From the NCBI RefSeq assembly GCF_963921235.1, contig NC_086107.1:108750001-108814000 (forward strand): a stretch of 64,000 bases of DNA, in the 5' to 3' direction. The DNA is from Mobula hypostoma. Its lineage: Eukaryota. This document shows positions 1 to 11,886 of the stretch, piece after piece. The notes beneath the pieces were generated by a model. It saw only the letters and a list, made by a program, of their open reading frames with translations, was not told where the DNA came from and did not search any database. The stretch's first letter is position 1. Each line of letters opens with the position of its first letter. The position numbers were made by a program, and so were the translations under genes.

Positions 1-234
1 CTCAGGTTCCTAGGACACATCATGCAGAAAGATGAACTAGAATAACTCATACTCTCTGGAAAGATTGAGGGGAGTAAACCTAGAGGAAGACCTCGGCTTA
101 TGTGCATCAAAAGCATAGCCAGGTGGCTACACATCGAGGAAATGGAAATCATCCAAAGAATGAAGGATAGATCTATATGGAAAACCATGGTCACCAACGT
201 TCGCATTGGATATGGTACCTAGACAGACAGACAG
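1..234 (+). mobile_element. RTE-clade LINE 3' end (ORF C-terminus plus AGAC tail)
   Basis: Frame 1 reads LRFLGHIMQKDELE*LILSGKIEGSKPRGRPR...DRSIWKTMV...GT*, the typical RTE C-terminal motif (GHIMR..GKIEG.R.RGRPR..W), followed by AGACAGACAGAC. Confidence 0.8.
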
Positions 235-282
235 GCCCTTTGTGCCACAATGTTGTGCCAACCTTTTAACATACTCTAACGG

Positions 283-562
283 TGCGAAAAACAAAAGAAA
301 AAATCCAGTGAGCCGCAGTTCTGGGGGTGAAAACACCTTGTTAATGAGAGAGGTCAGAGGAGAATGGCCAGGCTGGTTCAAGCTGACAGGAAGGTGACAG
401 TAACTCAAATAACCATGTGTTACAACAGTGGTGTGCAGACAATCATCTCTAAACATACAACACATTGAAGTGGATGGGCTACAGCAGCAGAAGACCATGA
501 ACACACACTCGCTGGCCACTTTATAAGGTGCAGGAGACAGCTAATAAAGTGGCCTCTGAGTG
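283..562 (+). mobile_element. Non-autonomous Tc1 element (family A), 3' half
   Basis: Encodes a degenerate LVNERGQRRMARLVQADRKVTVTQIT transposase segment and ends in TIR CTAATAAAGTGGCCTCTGAGTG followed by TA. Confidence 0.8.
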
Positions 563-819
563 TAGATATAAGGAGGCAGGATAAGCCCAACTGATCGCTT
601 GAGTTTCCCCTATCATTCACTAAGCTCATGCAGATCTTCTACTTCAGTTCCACTTTGCAAAGTACAATCACAATATCCCACAAGATCCAAGAATGGGTCA
701 GACCATGCTTTGAATGAACTCACTGACCTATCCTCCACAACAGTCTGGCGCAGAGAATTCCAAGCACTTATTGAATTAATTTAGTTATTAATAAATAGGT
801 AAATTTATTAATTTTTAGC

Positions 820-1030
820 GATACATTGCAGCATCGGCCCTTTCTTGGCCCTTCGAGCCATGCTGCCCCAGCAACCTTGCAGCCCCGATTCACCCTAACC
901 TAATCACAGGACAATTTACACCGACTAGTTAACCTACCTGGCTCATTATTGGACTGTGGGAGAAACCGGAGCACCCAGGGAAAATCCAAGCATTCCACGG
1001 GGAGGATATACAGAGGCTTCTTACAGAGGA
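820..1030 (-). mobile_element. HE1/V-SINE-like fragment
   Basis: Contains GGACTGTGGGAGAAACCGGAGCACCC, the reverse of the V-SINE core GGGTGCTCCGGTTTC.CCCACA; related copies at 11500-12110 and 57500-57750. Confidence 0.65.
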
Positions 1031-1031
1031 C

Positions 1032-1450
1032 ACTGGGGTTGTATACACTGGAATTTAGAAGGATGAGAGGGGATCTGATTGAAACATATAAGATTATTAA
1101 GGGATTGGACACGCTAGAGGCAGGAAGCATGTTCCCGTTGTTGGGGGAGTCCAGAACCAGAGGCCACAGTTTAAGAATAAGGGGTAGACAATTTAGAACG
1201 AAGTTGAGGAAAAAGTTTATCACCCAGAGGGTTGTGGTTCTGTGGAATGCTCTGCCTCAGAAGGCAGTGGAGGCCAATTCTCTGGATTCTTTCAAGAAAG
1301 AGTTATAGAGCTCTTAAAGATAGCGGAGTCAGGGGATATGGGGAGAAGGCAGGAAAAGGGTACTGATTGTGGATGATCAGCCATGATCACAGTGAATGGC
1401 GGTGCTGGCTCAAAGGGCTGAATGGCCTTCTCCTGCACCTAATGTCTATT
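1032..1450 (+). mobile_element. CR1 LINE 3' end (young family)
   Basis: LGLYTLEFRRMRGDLIETYKIIKG...TRGHSLRI...FITQRVVVLWNALP; 3'UTR nearly identical to 20520-20635 and 56545-56702. Confidence 0.92.
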
Positions 1451-1790
1451 GACACCAGGATTGAACTTGGAGCTCCAGAATGCCCCAAGCTTTAATAGCA
1501 TCGCACTAACTAATGCATTACTGTGGTGTCCCATTTCTGTGTTTGTTATTTTCCAAGTGAATAAAATTCTCCTCATTTTAATTCTGCACAGGCAACCTCT
1601 TATTCTAAGGCTGGTGAACTCCTGTTTCTGAACTCCACTGCCAAGGAGAACATTTCCCCCCACTCCAGAGAAATCTTGGAAGCTTCAATGAAATCACCTC
1701 TAACTGTACCAATCTCAGCAAAATGAAGGGCCCAGTTTCTCCATGTACAGCAAACTGATCCGTACCAGAAAGGAATCTTCTCGCACTCAC

Positions 1791-1837
1791 CCAGCAGTAG
1801 GGGTTGTTAGCAGACACCACAGGCAGGAAGTCGTGTG
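1791..1837 (-). CDS. Candidate internal coding exon of an unidentified gene (47 nt; alternative upstream acceptor gives 99 nt, 1791-1889)
   Basis: Minus strand ctttgtgttactgatcatcccag|CACACGAC...TACTGCTGG|GTGAGT in non-repetitive sequence; reads (x)HDFLPVVSANNPYCW. Confidence 0.4.
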
Positions 1838-1942
1838 CTGGGATGATCAGTAACACAAAGACCAACCCAGAGTCGTCATCGACCAGATCCTAAGGACCAA
1901 ATATCATGGACTTCAACTCCACCAGTTGTTACCTGTGACTTG

Positions 1943-2368
1943 TGTGACGAAGGCCCATAACTGACTACGGACGGCACATGACGCAGTCAGTAAAACACTC
2001 ATCCCCAGCAGTAATAGTGACTGGGTCTGAACCAGAGCTGCTGCATGGAGCTGTCTCATCTCGAGGCAGCAGCAACCTGCACAGCTGTGCTGATGGTGGA
2101 GGAGACCATCTTTAACTGGATAATTGAGTTAATTAGCTTTTGGTTGGTCTAGGGGGTGGGGCTTAGCAGTTATAAACCTCAGGTTACCAAGGCTTTGGGT
2201 TTTCTTTTCTTTTGTGTTTAGTCTGAGGGTGGCTATATATATATATATATAGTATTTTTTCCAGTTTTTTTCTTGTTTTGAGGTAAATAAAAGCACCTCA
2301 ATCTATTTTTGCCACTCAGGCCATCTTGTGATTTTTCTTAAACAATTGACCCACAGGTTTTTGTGACA
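1943..2368 (+). mobile_element. Solo LTR (Gypsy-like) with 4-bp TSD
   Basis: TGTGACG...GTGACA termini flanked by CTTG on both sides (1939-1942, 2369-2372); TATAAA at 2171 and AATAAA at 2286. Confidence 0.75.
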
Positions 2369-2626
2369 CTTGCTAATCGAGGCAGCACTGAGAGAAGCTG
2401 GATGGTTGGGCAGAGAGGGAGGTCATGATCACAATGGGATCCATAACCAGGTCTCCCGACTGTAGTTCAAAATGGAAGACACCTCTTGGCTATGGAGAAA
2501 GGCAATTCTGGTCAAACTGTTCTGAAATGTAAGCGGTGGGCGGGGTAGGCACCTGCTAAAGTACAGGAGGCCAAGGGACTAAGTCCAGGGAAATGGCGTT
2601 AATAGAGATACATACATTTTTTTTAG

Positions 2627-3290
2627 AGTATGAGGACACTCAGTCCTCGTTTATTGTCATTTAGAAATGCATGCATTAAAAAATGATACAATGTTCCTCC
2701 AGAATGATATCACAAAAAAAAGGACAAACCAAGACTAAAACTGACAAAACCACATAATTGTAACATATAGTTACAACAATGCAAAGCAATACCATAATTT
2801 GATAAAGAGCAGACCATGGGCACAGTAAAAAAAAGTCTCAAAGTCCCGATAGACTCATCACCTCACGCAGGCGGCAGAAGGGAGAAACTCTCCCCGCCAT
2901 GAACCTCCAAATGCCGCCAACTTGCCGATGCATTGGAAGCACCCGACCACAGCGGACTCTGAGTCCGTCCAAAAACTTCAAGCCTTCGACCAGCCCCTCC
3001 AACACCGAGCACCGAACACCATCCTCTGCTGAGCGCTTCGACCCCACCCTGGCCGCCGAGCAACAAGCAAATCCGAGGACTTGGGGCCTTCCCCTCCGGA
3101 GATTCCGGACCACACAGTAGCAGCAGCAGCGAAGCAGGCATTTCAGAAGTTTCACCAGATGTTCCTCCGCGTTCTCACGTCCGTCTCCATCAAATCAGGA
3201 TTGTGCACGGCACCCTACTTGACAAATAACAGACATCACCACCGGAGTGGCTGCTGCGAGCTGCGTCGCGCCGCCATCTTCTCCTCCCAA
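2627..3290 (-). mobile_element. Non-autonomous retroelement (family X), copy 1
   Basis: Clear homology in opposite orientation to 10840-11500; 5' end GGAGAAGATGGCGGCG, 3' end AATAAACGAGGACTGAGTGTCCTCATA. Confidence 0.75.
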
Positions 3291-3409
3291 CACCGAACCA
3301 TCTCCACATCTCCATGCCAAATACTCGATATTTGGCATGGAGATGGTTGGGTGAGGGATTTGGTTCTGGGCACTATGATTCTTGGACCATCCAGATTGTA
3401 GGTGACCTC

Positions 3410-4590
3410 ACTGAAACAAACAAGTGTGGAGTTTGCATGTTGCGACAACGAAGAAGGCATTCCTTTGGCTATACTTCATTAGACGCTAGAGGAGATTTAG
3501 GATGTCTCCAAAGACACCGGCAAATTTCTACAGATAGACAGTGGGGAGCATTCAGACTGGCTGCATCACCACCTGATATGGAGACTCAAATGCAAAGTTC
3601 AAACTAAATTTTATTATCAAGCTACATATATGTCACCATATACAACCCTGAGATTCATTTTCCTGTGAGCATACTCAACAAATCGATAGATTAGTAACTA
3701 TAACAGGATCATTGAAAGATCTACCAGGGTATAGAAGACAACAAACTATGCAAATGCCAATATAAGTAAATAGCAATGAATAACGAGAACATGAGATAAT
3801 AGTCATAGTCATAGTCATACTTTATTGATCCCGAGGGAAACTGGGTTTCATTACAGTTGCACCAACCAAGAATAGAGAATAAATATAGCAATATAAAACC
3901 ATAAATAATTAAATAATATGTAGATTATGTAAATAATATGTAAATTATGCCAGATAGAATAAATAATTAAATAATAATATATAAATTATGCCTGATAGAA
4001 TAAATAATTAAATAATAATATGTAAATTATGCCAGATGATCTAAGGTAAAGAATTCTTAAACTGAGATCATTGATTGTGGGAACATCTCAATGGATGGAC
4101 AAATGAGTGGTTATCCCTTTTGTTCAAGGGTCTGATGGTAGAGGGGTAGTAACTGTTCTTGACCCCAGTGTCCCGAGTCCCGAGGCTCCTGTACCTTCTA
4201 CCTGACAGCAGCACAGGATTGAAAGAGGCTAAAGAGGGTTGTAGACTCAGACACCTCCATCACCGGGCAGAATCCTCCCCATCATCGAAAACATTTTCAA
4301 GAGGTGATGCCTCAGGAAGACGGCACCATTGTTGAGGACCCTCACCATCCAGGATGTGCTCTTTTCACATCACTACCATCAGGGAGGAGGCACATGAGTC
4401 AGAAGATGCACACTCCATTTTTTTTTGAGGAACAGCCTCTTTCCTTCCGCAATCAGATTTCTGAATAGCCCATGAACCCATGAACACTACCTCACTATTC
4501 CTCTTTTGTGCTATTAATTTAGTTTACATTTTAATGTAACTTAGAGTAATTTTTTATATGTCTGGCACTGAACTGCTGTCAGAAAACAAC
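3410..4590 (+). mobile_element. Rex1/Babar-clade LINE 3' fragment interrupted by an antisense fragment of the same clade (about 3595-4210)
   Basis: Degenerate NFYR..VESI.TGCIT.WYG and DPHHPG..LF..LPSGRR motifs; the nested segment carries a Rex1 (AGTCAT)n tail. Confidence 0.7.
3900..4040. repeat. AT-rich tandem repeat, about 41-bp unit, about 3 copies
   Basis: AATAAATAATTAAATAATAATATGTAAATTATGCCAGATAG repeated. Confidence 0.8.
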
Positions 4591-5079
4591 CAGGAAGAAT
4601 CTGAGGAGGTTGGACATGGTAAATGATGAGAGAATATTTCCCCTTTGGGGGTGGGAGGTGGAGTCCAGAAGCAGGGGTGGTTTCAATCTAAGGAGTCACC
4701 CACGAGATGGGGGGGATGAGGGAGGTTACTCTCTCAGAGGGCGGAGAATTTTCCAAATTCTCTACACGGAGTTCAAGGTGCTGAATGCATTCAAGGGGGA
4801 GGGAGACTCATAAATGGTCTGTGAAGGGGTCAATGGGATGAAGACGCAAGAATGTGGTTAAGGTTAGATCAAATTACAATGGGCCATACTTCTTACGGTC
4901 ACTCTCCTGTCCTTGCCATGGATAACACATAATGTGTCCCTGAACACCCAGCAATATTAACACAGGAACTGCTCGATGTTGCTGTTCCGGAGGCCCTTCA
5001 GCCCCTCCATCATCTTCTTGCTTACTCCCAAATACATTCAGCTTCTCCCAGCTGTTCAGCCACTGGGGTCAAGATATCC

Positions 5080-6400
5080 ATTCTCCCATCTGACCGTCCC
5101 TCCGTCCCTCTGACAGTGAGACACTCCCATCTGACTGTCCCTCCGACAGTGTGACACTCCCATCTGACTGTCCCTCTGACAGTGAGACACTCCCATCTGA
5201 CTGTCCCTCTGACAGTGTGGCACTCCCATCTGACTGTCCCTCCGACAGTGTGACACTCCCATCCGACTGTCCCTCTGACAGTGTGGCACTCCCATCTGAC
5301 TGTCCCTCCGACAGTGAGACACTCCCATCTGACTGTCCCTCTGACAGTGTGGCACTCCCATCTGACTGTCCCTCCGACAGTGTGACACTCCCATCTGACT
5401 GTCCCTCTGACAGTGAGACACTCCCATCTGACTGTCCCTCCGACAGTGAGACACTCCCATCTGACCGTCCCTCCGACAGTGAGACACTCCCATCTGACTG
5501 TCCCTCTGACAGTGTGGCACTCCCTCGGTACCGTCCCTCTGACGGTGTGACACTCCCATCTGACTGTCCCTCCGACAGTGAGACACTCCCTCGGTACCGT
5601 CCCTCTGACAGTGAGGCACTCCCTCGGTACCGTCCCTCCGACAGTGAGACACTCCCTCGGTACCGTCCCTCTGACAGTGAGGCACTCCCTCGGTACCATC
5701 CCTCCGACAGTGTGGCACTCCCTCGGTACCGTCCCTCCGACAATGTGGCACTCCCTCGGTACCGTCCCTCCGACAGTGTGGCACTCCCTCGGTACCGTCC
5801 CTCCGACAGTGTGGCACTCCCTCGGTACCGTCCCTCCGACAGTGAGGCACTCCCTCGGTACCGTCCCTCCGACAGTGTGGCACTCCCTCGGTACCGTCCC
5901 TCCGACAGTGAGGCACTCCCTCGGTACCGTCCCTCCGACAGTGAGGCACTCCCTCGGTACCGTCCCTCCGACAGTGTGGCACTCCCTCGGTACCGTCCCT
6001 CCGACAGTGAGGCACTCCCTCGGTACCGTCCCTCCGACAGTGTGGCACTCCCTCGGTACCGTCCCTCCGACAGTGAGGCACTCCCTCGGTACCGTCCCTC
6101 CGACAGTGTGGCACTCCCTCGGTACCGTCCCTCCGACAGTGAGGCACTCCCTCGGTACCGTCCCTCCGACAGTGTGGCACTCCCTCGGTACCGTCCCTCC
6201 GACAGTGAGGCACTCCCTCGGTACCGTCCCTCCGACAGTGTGACACTCCCTCGGTACCGTCCCTCCGACAGTGAGGCACTCCCTCGGTACCGTCCCTCCG
6301 ACAGTGTGACACTCCCTCAGTACTGTCCCTCCGACAGTGAGACACTCCCTCAGTACCGTCCCTCCGACAGTGAGACGCTCCCTCAGTATTGTCCCTCTGG
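5080..6400. repeat. 33-bp minisatellite, about 40 units
   Basis: Unit CACTCCCTCGGTACCGTCCCTCCGACAGTG(T/A)GG; 11-aa periodicity in all overlapping ORFs. Confidence 0.97.
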
Positions 6401-6964
6401 TAATGCAATACCAAGGAAGTTCCAAATTGCCCTCAAATGTAGCTCACTTTACAATGTGATACAATTCCCACCCCGGCCCAGTTCTCGGGCTGCTTTCGGA
6501 CAGTAATTTGCCTCTCCTCTGAAGTACAGCTTCTCTGCTTTCTGCGGCAAGTTTCCCTCACATTCTAAGCGCCCTGCTACTTCGATATTATACTCAAATC
6601 AGAACACCAGGGAGTGCAGAAGATTATCAATCTTCAATCAGTGACTAGTCCACTTGTGATCTGCTTGGTATCACCAGGAACAAATGTGTTGCTGGCAGGC
6701 AAACGGAAGGAGCTTGCTGTGCAGCATCACCAGATATCTTATGTTCCTCTCTCCTTTCCCCCAGTTTACCGCAGTCCCGCAGCATTCTGCTGTCCCTTAG
6801 CTTGGTATTAGGTGAAATATTCATATAAAACGCGCACGATTTACACTCAGTACCTGGAGAAAGCCCACGCCAGGATATACAGTCTCCTTACGTATGATGC
6901 TGGGATTGAAATCAGTACTCCAAGGCCCTGAGCTGCAATTCTGTTGCAGTAACCGTGGCACCCA

Positions 6965-7630
6965 TATAGAGAGAGTGGTGGGTGCCGGATCTCATTGCCG
7001 GGGTGGTGGCGGAGTCTGATACGTTAGGCACATTCAAGAGACACTTGGATAGGCATATGGTTATGTACCGTGTAATGGAGAGTTCAGAGCTACGCAGGAG
7101 GAAGTGTTAGATTGACTGTGGTGTAGGTTTATGTGGGTCAGCATGGACTAGAGGGGTTGAAGGTCCTGTACTGTGCTGTACTGCTCTATGTTCTAAATGC
7201 CGCTTAAGTGACAGTCTGTTCCAGGCCCCTTCCACGCTCTGTATGTGAAAAAGAACTTGCCTCGTAAATCTGTTTTAAACTTCCGCTCTCAAATTAAAGC
7301 TGCGTCTATTAGCGTTTGACGTTTCCGAACGAGGAAGTGGACTTCGGCTACCTACCCTTTCTACGCCTCTCACAACCTTCTGCACTTCCATTCGGGCCTT
7401 CAGCCCATCTAGTCCATGCTGAACCATTTAACCTGCCTGGACCAATCGCCCTGCTCCTGGACCATTGCTGTCCAAGCCCCTCTCATCCACGTCCCTATCC
7501 AAACTGCTCCAATCGCATCCAACTCCTGCACTGGCAGCTCCTTCCACAGTCTCACCATTCTGTGAGTGAGGAGGTTCCCCCTCAATGTTCCCGTTAACCT
7601 ATTCACCTTTCGCCCTTAACCTCCAGTTAT
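6965..7630. mobile_element. Cluster of CR1 3' ends (plus about 6965-7195; minus about 7195-7630)
   Basis: Degenerate TQRVV..WN.LP-type motifs and CR1 tail CTGTGCTGTACTGCTCTATGTTCTA. Confidence 0.65.
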
Positions 7631-8316
7631 AATCTCGTTTTGGGCTGGGACCTTCCGTCAGGACTGGAAAGGCAGGGAGAAGAAGCCAATGTTTATGTTC
7701 ATTGACTGGAAACTGTCTCGGGTCATCCTGAGGTTCCGGCCGCGACGAAAATGCAGAGTTTCATGTTTGACTTGTTGTGAGCTCCTTCCCAGTAGCTACA
7801 ACACCGTCACTCTGCTAACACGAGAGGTGATTGATGACACCCAAGTGGTAAACTCAAAAGACTCATCTCCAAGCCTAAAACAAATCAATCAAAAATTGTT
7901 GACAACAGGTTCATGTCTCAAACATGTCATGATGGATTGGGATCATTATTTTGAAGTTGAATCCTGCCTAGATCCCAAGAGCATATTTGTTCCGGCTCTG
8001 TAAACTTTGAACTTCCTATTCTGCTTGAAGCTAGCGGTTATGTTATTGCAGGTGACAAGATGCAAGTGACTACATAGGACAAGTTGTAAAGTATGGTCCC
8101 TTATGCCCAAGGTTTCCCCGTCCCAGGATCTCCTCCAGATTTACAAACGTCCCAACTCAGAATCAGAATCAGGTTTATTATCACCAGCACAGGTTATGAA
8201 ACTTGTTAACTTTGCAGCAGCAGTACAATGCAATGCATGATAATTGAGAAAAATACGTGAATTACAGTAAATATATATTTATTGAATAGTTAAAATAAAA
8301 AAAATAGTGAGGTAGT

Positions 8317-9047
8317 TGTGGTAAACCATATATATATATGTTGTAACAACACACATCAAAGTTGCTGGTGAACGCAGCAGGCCAGGCAGCATCTCTAGGA
8401 AGAGGTACAGTCGACGTTTCGGGCCGAGACCCTTTGTCAGGACTAACTGAAGGAAGAGATAGTAAGAGATTTGAAAGTGGGAGTGGGAGGGGGAGACCTG
8501 AAATGATAGGAGAAGACAGGAGTGGGAGGGATGGAGCCAAGAGCTGGACAGGTGATTGGCAAAGGGGATATGAGAGGATCATGGGACAGGAGGCCCAGGG
8601 AGAAGGAAAAGGTGGGGCGGGAACCCAGAGGATGGGCAAGGGGTATAGTCAGAGGGACAGAGGGAGAAAAAGGAGAGAGAGAGAAAGAATGTGTGTATAT
8701 AAATAAATAAAGGATGGGTTACGAGGGGGAGGTGGGGCATTAGCGGAAGTTTGAGAAGTCAATGTTCATGCCATCAGGTTGGAGGCTACCCAGACAGAAT
8801 ATAGGGTGTTGTTCCTCCAACCTGAGTGTGGCTGTGTTGTAACTGGGTTACCTGTCTGGACACGCCCCTCTGCTGACTGCTCCTGTGGCTCCTCCCACAG
8901 AACCCTGAATAAAGGTGATTGCGCCCTTGCTCCTCTTCCTCAGTCCATCATGACACTCAGCATGATGGAGGTCACATTGTACTGCTAATAAAAGCCTTTC
9001 AGTACTTACTCTACTTCCAGTCTTTTGGAGTTATTGATGGTGCATCA
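8317..9047 (+). mobile_element. Solo LTR (about 235 bp, family L1) with 5-bp TSD, interrupted by a Penelope fragment
   Basis: TGTGGTAAACC...GGTGCATCA flanked by GTAGT (8312-8316, 9048-9052); AATAAA present; uninterrupted sister copy at 39494-39727. Confidence 0.88.
8348..8834 (-). mobile_element. 5'-truncated Penelope-like element (GIY-YIG C-terminus plus pLTR with hammerhead motif)
   Basis: 8740-8832(-) reads ATLRLEEQHPIFCLGSLQPDGMNIDFSNFR*; 9-bp TSD TGTTGTAAC (8339-8347, 8835-8843). Confidence 0.85.
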
Positions 9048-9524
9048 GTAGTGTCCCAGGGGTTCAATGTCCACTCAGAAATCGGATGGCAGAGGGGAAG
9101 AAGCTGTTCCAGAATCATTGAATGAGTGCCTTCAGGCTTCTGTATCTCCTACCTGACGGTAGCAATGAGAACAGGGCATGACCTGGGTCATGGGGTTCCT
9201 TAATGATGGATGCCACATTTTTGAGGCATCGCTTCCTGAAGGTAGATGTCCTGGATACTACGGAGACTAGTGTTCACAATGCAGCTAAGTTTACAACTCT
9301 CTGCAGCTTATTTCGATCCTGTGCAGTAACCATACCCCACACTGAAGGTGATGCAAACAGTTAGAATGCTCTCCACGGTATATTTGTAGAAATTTTCAAG
9401 TGTTTTTGGAGACATACCAAGTCTTCTCAAACTCTGAATGAATATTCTCTGAACTCCAAGTCCCCACCGCTCAAAATTGGGGTGCTCCATTAATTCCAGC
9501 CGCAGGTTCATGCTTAAATTTAAT

Positions 9525-9830
9525 GGGGTGCTACGGTAGCATAGTGGCTAACACAACGATTTACAGAGCCAGCTGTAAGATCGCGGTCGGATTCGTGCCA
9601 CTGTCTGTGAGGAATCTCCATGTCCTCCCTGTGATGGCGTGGGATTCCCTCTTGAGCTCCAGTTTCCTCCCACATTCCAAAGCCATACAGTTTGGGTGAG
9701 AAAATTGTGGGCATGCTGTTGGCACTGGAAGGTGACGACATTTCAGCACAATCCTCACTGATTCGATTTGATGCAAATGACATATTTCATAGTATGTTTT
9801 GATGTACATGTTATCAAATAAAGCCAATCT
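9525..9830 (+). mobile_element. tRNA-derived V-SINE-like element
   Basis: A-box-like GGTAGCATAGTGGCTA, B-box-like GGATTCGTGCC, and core CTCCAGTTTCCTCCCACATTCCAAAG. Confidence 0.65.
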
Positions 9831-10219
9831 TGATCTTTAATGTCTCCATGCTCTCAGCAGACCAGGTTCCATGCTCAGGAAATCCCTCCCTAAATGGTTT
9901 ATGAGCTCTACGATCTGTCTTTGAGTCTCCCAGTCAGTGGTGCAGTGGTAGATTTACGGCCTCACAGCTCCTGAGACTGGGGTTCAATCCCGGCCATGGG
10001 CAAAGTCTGCATGGAGTTCTCCTTATGACCACATGGGCTTCATCTGACTGGTCTAGTCTCCTCCCATGTTCCAAAATCACGAAACTTATCAACTTCTGCT
10101 TTCACTCACCTCAACACCAAACTGATTCCACAGCTATGGACTCATTTTCAAGGACTCTACTGAATATCCCGTGTTATCAATATTATTTATTACATATTTA
10201 TTGATTGTATTATTACTTC

Positions 10220-10730
10220 TCCATCTGGTATGGGAGCAGCAGAGCATCAGATTCGATGTCCCTACAAAGGACTGTGAGAACAGCTGAGAGGATTATCGCT
10301 GTCTCCCTACTATCCATCAGGGATAATTATCTGCATACACAGAGCCCTTAGTATTATTAAGAATCCCAGCCATCCATCCAGCATCCTCTTTGACTTTCTA
10401 CCATCAGCCAGGAGACTCTGATGCATAAAAACAAGAACAGTCAGGATGGGAAACAGCTTCTTCCCTCAGGCCATCAGGCTTCTGAACTCCCTGCCGCATC
10501 CCATTTGAAGTGTCACCAGATAATTTGTGCTGTGCCCTGCAATGTTTAATTTATGCACTTTACTTTGTTTATGAGTAATTAATCTGAGATTTAATTCTTA
10601 CTTTCCTAAACTATTGTGTGTTACATGTGTGTTATGTGCACTACATTGCTTTAAACCTTGGTCCGGAGAAACATTGTCTTGCTTGATGATGTACATGTAT
10701 ATACTTAAATGACAATAAACTTGACTTACT
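10220..10730 (+). mobile_element. Rex1/Babar LINE 3' fragment
   Basis: Degenerate LQRTVRTAERII...HPSSILFDFLPSARR...NSFFPQAIRLLN with AATAAACTTGACTT tail. Confidence 0.7.
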
Positions 10731-10839
10731 TTGCATTTGCACAGTTAGCCTTCTTTTGCACATTTGTTTTTTGTCCATCAGGGTTTGTGTGTAGCTTTTC
10801 ACTGACTCTCCTGTACTTCTTTGTATATATTTACTTAAT

Positions 10840-11500
10840 TAGAGAGACGGCGGGAGGAGAGAAAGCACGCACCATGCATGTGCAGCCCTCCGGTGAAAAA
10901 TTATATTGTATCCATTAAATAGGGGCTGTAGACAATTCTGATTTGATGGAGAATGGACGTGAAAGCACAGAGGAACATCTGGAAAAATTTCTGAAATGCT
11001 CGTTCGCTGCTGTTGTTACTGCGCGGTCGGGAATCTTTCGCAGGGAAGGCCTCAAAATCCCCGGCTTTGCGACCAAGATGGAGGTCGAATCGCCCTGGCT
11101 TGGCGACCAAGATGGAGGTCGAATCGCTCAGACAGAGATGGTGCTCAGTACTCTGGTGTCGGAGGGCTGATCAGAGCTCGAAGTTTTCGGACGACTCAGA
11201 GTCGGACCGTGGTCAGGGATGGCAGGGAGAGGTTTTCTTCCTTCTCCCGTCTGCGTGAGATGTGGGACATGTGAGTGACTTTGAACTTTTACTGTGCTCA
11301 TGGACTTCTTCATCAAGTTATGGTATTGTTGCACTGTTGTAACTATATGTTATAATTATATGGTTTTGTTAGTTTTTTTTCAGTCTTGGTCTGTCCTGTG
11401 TTTTGTGATATCACACCGGAGGAAATATTGTATCATTTCTTAATGCATGCATTACTAAATGACAATAAAAGAGGACTGTGTGTCCTCATAATCTAATCTA
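10840..11500 (+). mobile_element. Non-autonomous retroelement (family X), copy 2
   Basis: Homologous to 2627-3290; (TAATC)n tail; internal 34-bp tandem duplication at about 11063-11128. Confidence 0.75.
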
Positions 11501-11610
11501 ACAGGCCCTTTGGTCGAATGAGGTGCACCCCCCAGCAACCCACCTATTTAACTCTAGCCAAGTCATGGGACAATTTGCAAAGACCAATTAACTGACTAAC
11601 CGAAAGGTCT

Positions 11611-11886
11611 TTGGACTTCACAGCCCGTTCCTTAGTTAGAGCCTTCAGCATTTTGGGCATCGAGGGAGAGAGGAAGAGGAGAGCCATCCGCAGTACCACC
11701 GATGCGGCAGAGAGGGCCTCAAGATGGCTGTGGCTCAAAAGAGGGGAGCCATGGAGTCATAAGCAGCTAGCCATCTGGACACAAGCTGGGGTCTGATCAG
11801 CCCGGCTGGGTCACCTGGAGGAGGTTGTATGATGTTGAAAGACCCGAAACACCCGATGATTCCAGGAACATCACTGAAGATGTGTC
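11611..11886 (+). mobile_element. HERO (R2-group) non-LTR retrotransposon 3' end
   Basis: FTARSLVRAFSILGIEGERKRRAIRSTTDAAERASRWLWLKR resembles the HERO C-terminus; 3'UTR TGATGTTGAAAGACCCGAAACACCC. Confidence 0.75.

Larger units (their letters stand above)
8155..9450 (-). mobile_element. Rex1/Babar LINE 3' fragment (host of nested LTR and Penelope insertions)
   Basis: ORF 9308-9511(-) LRRLGMSPKTLENFYKYTVESILTVCITF; (TTCTGA)n tail at about 8160. Confidence 0.8.

Noticed and set aside
5080..6400. CRISPR-like regular repeat
   Set aside because: Units are contiguous with no unique spacers, no cas genes, and the context is eukaryotic.
5022..6506. Long ORFs of up to 467 aa on both strands
   Set aside because: By-products of a stop-free 33-bp tandem unit; no domain, splice or codon evidence.
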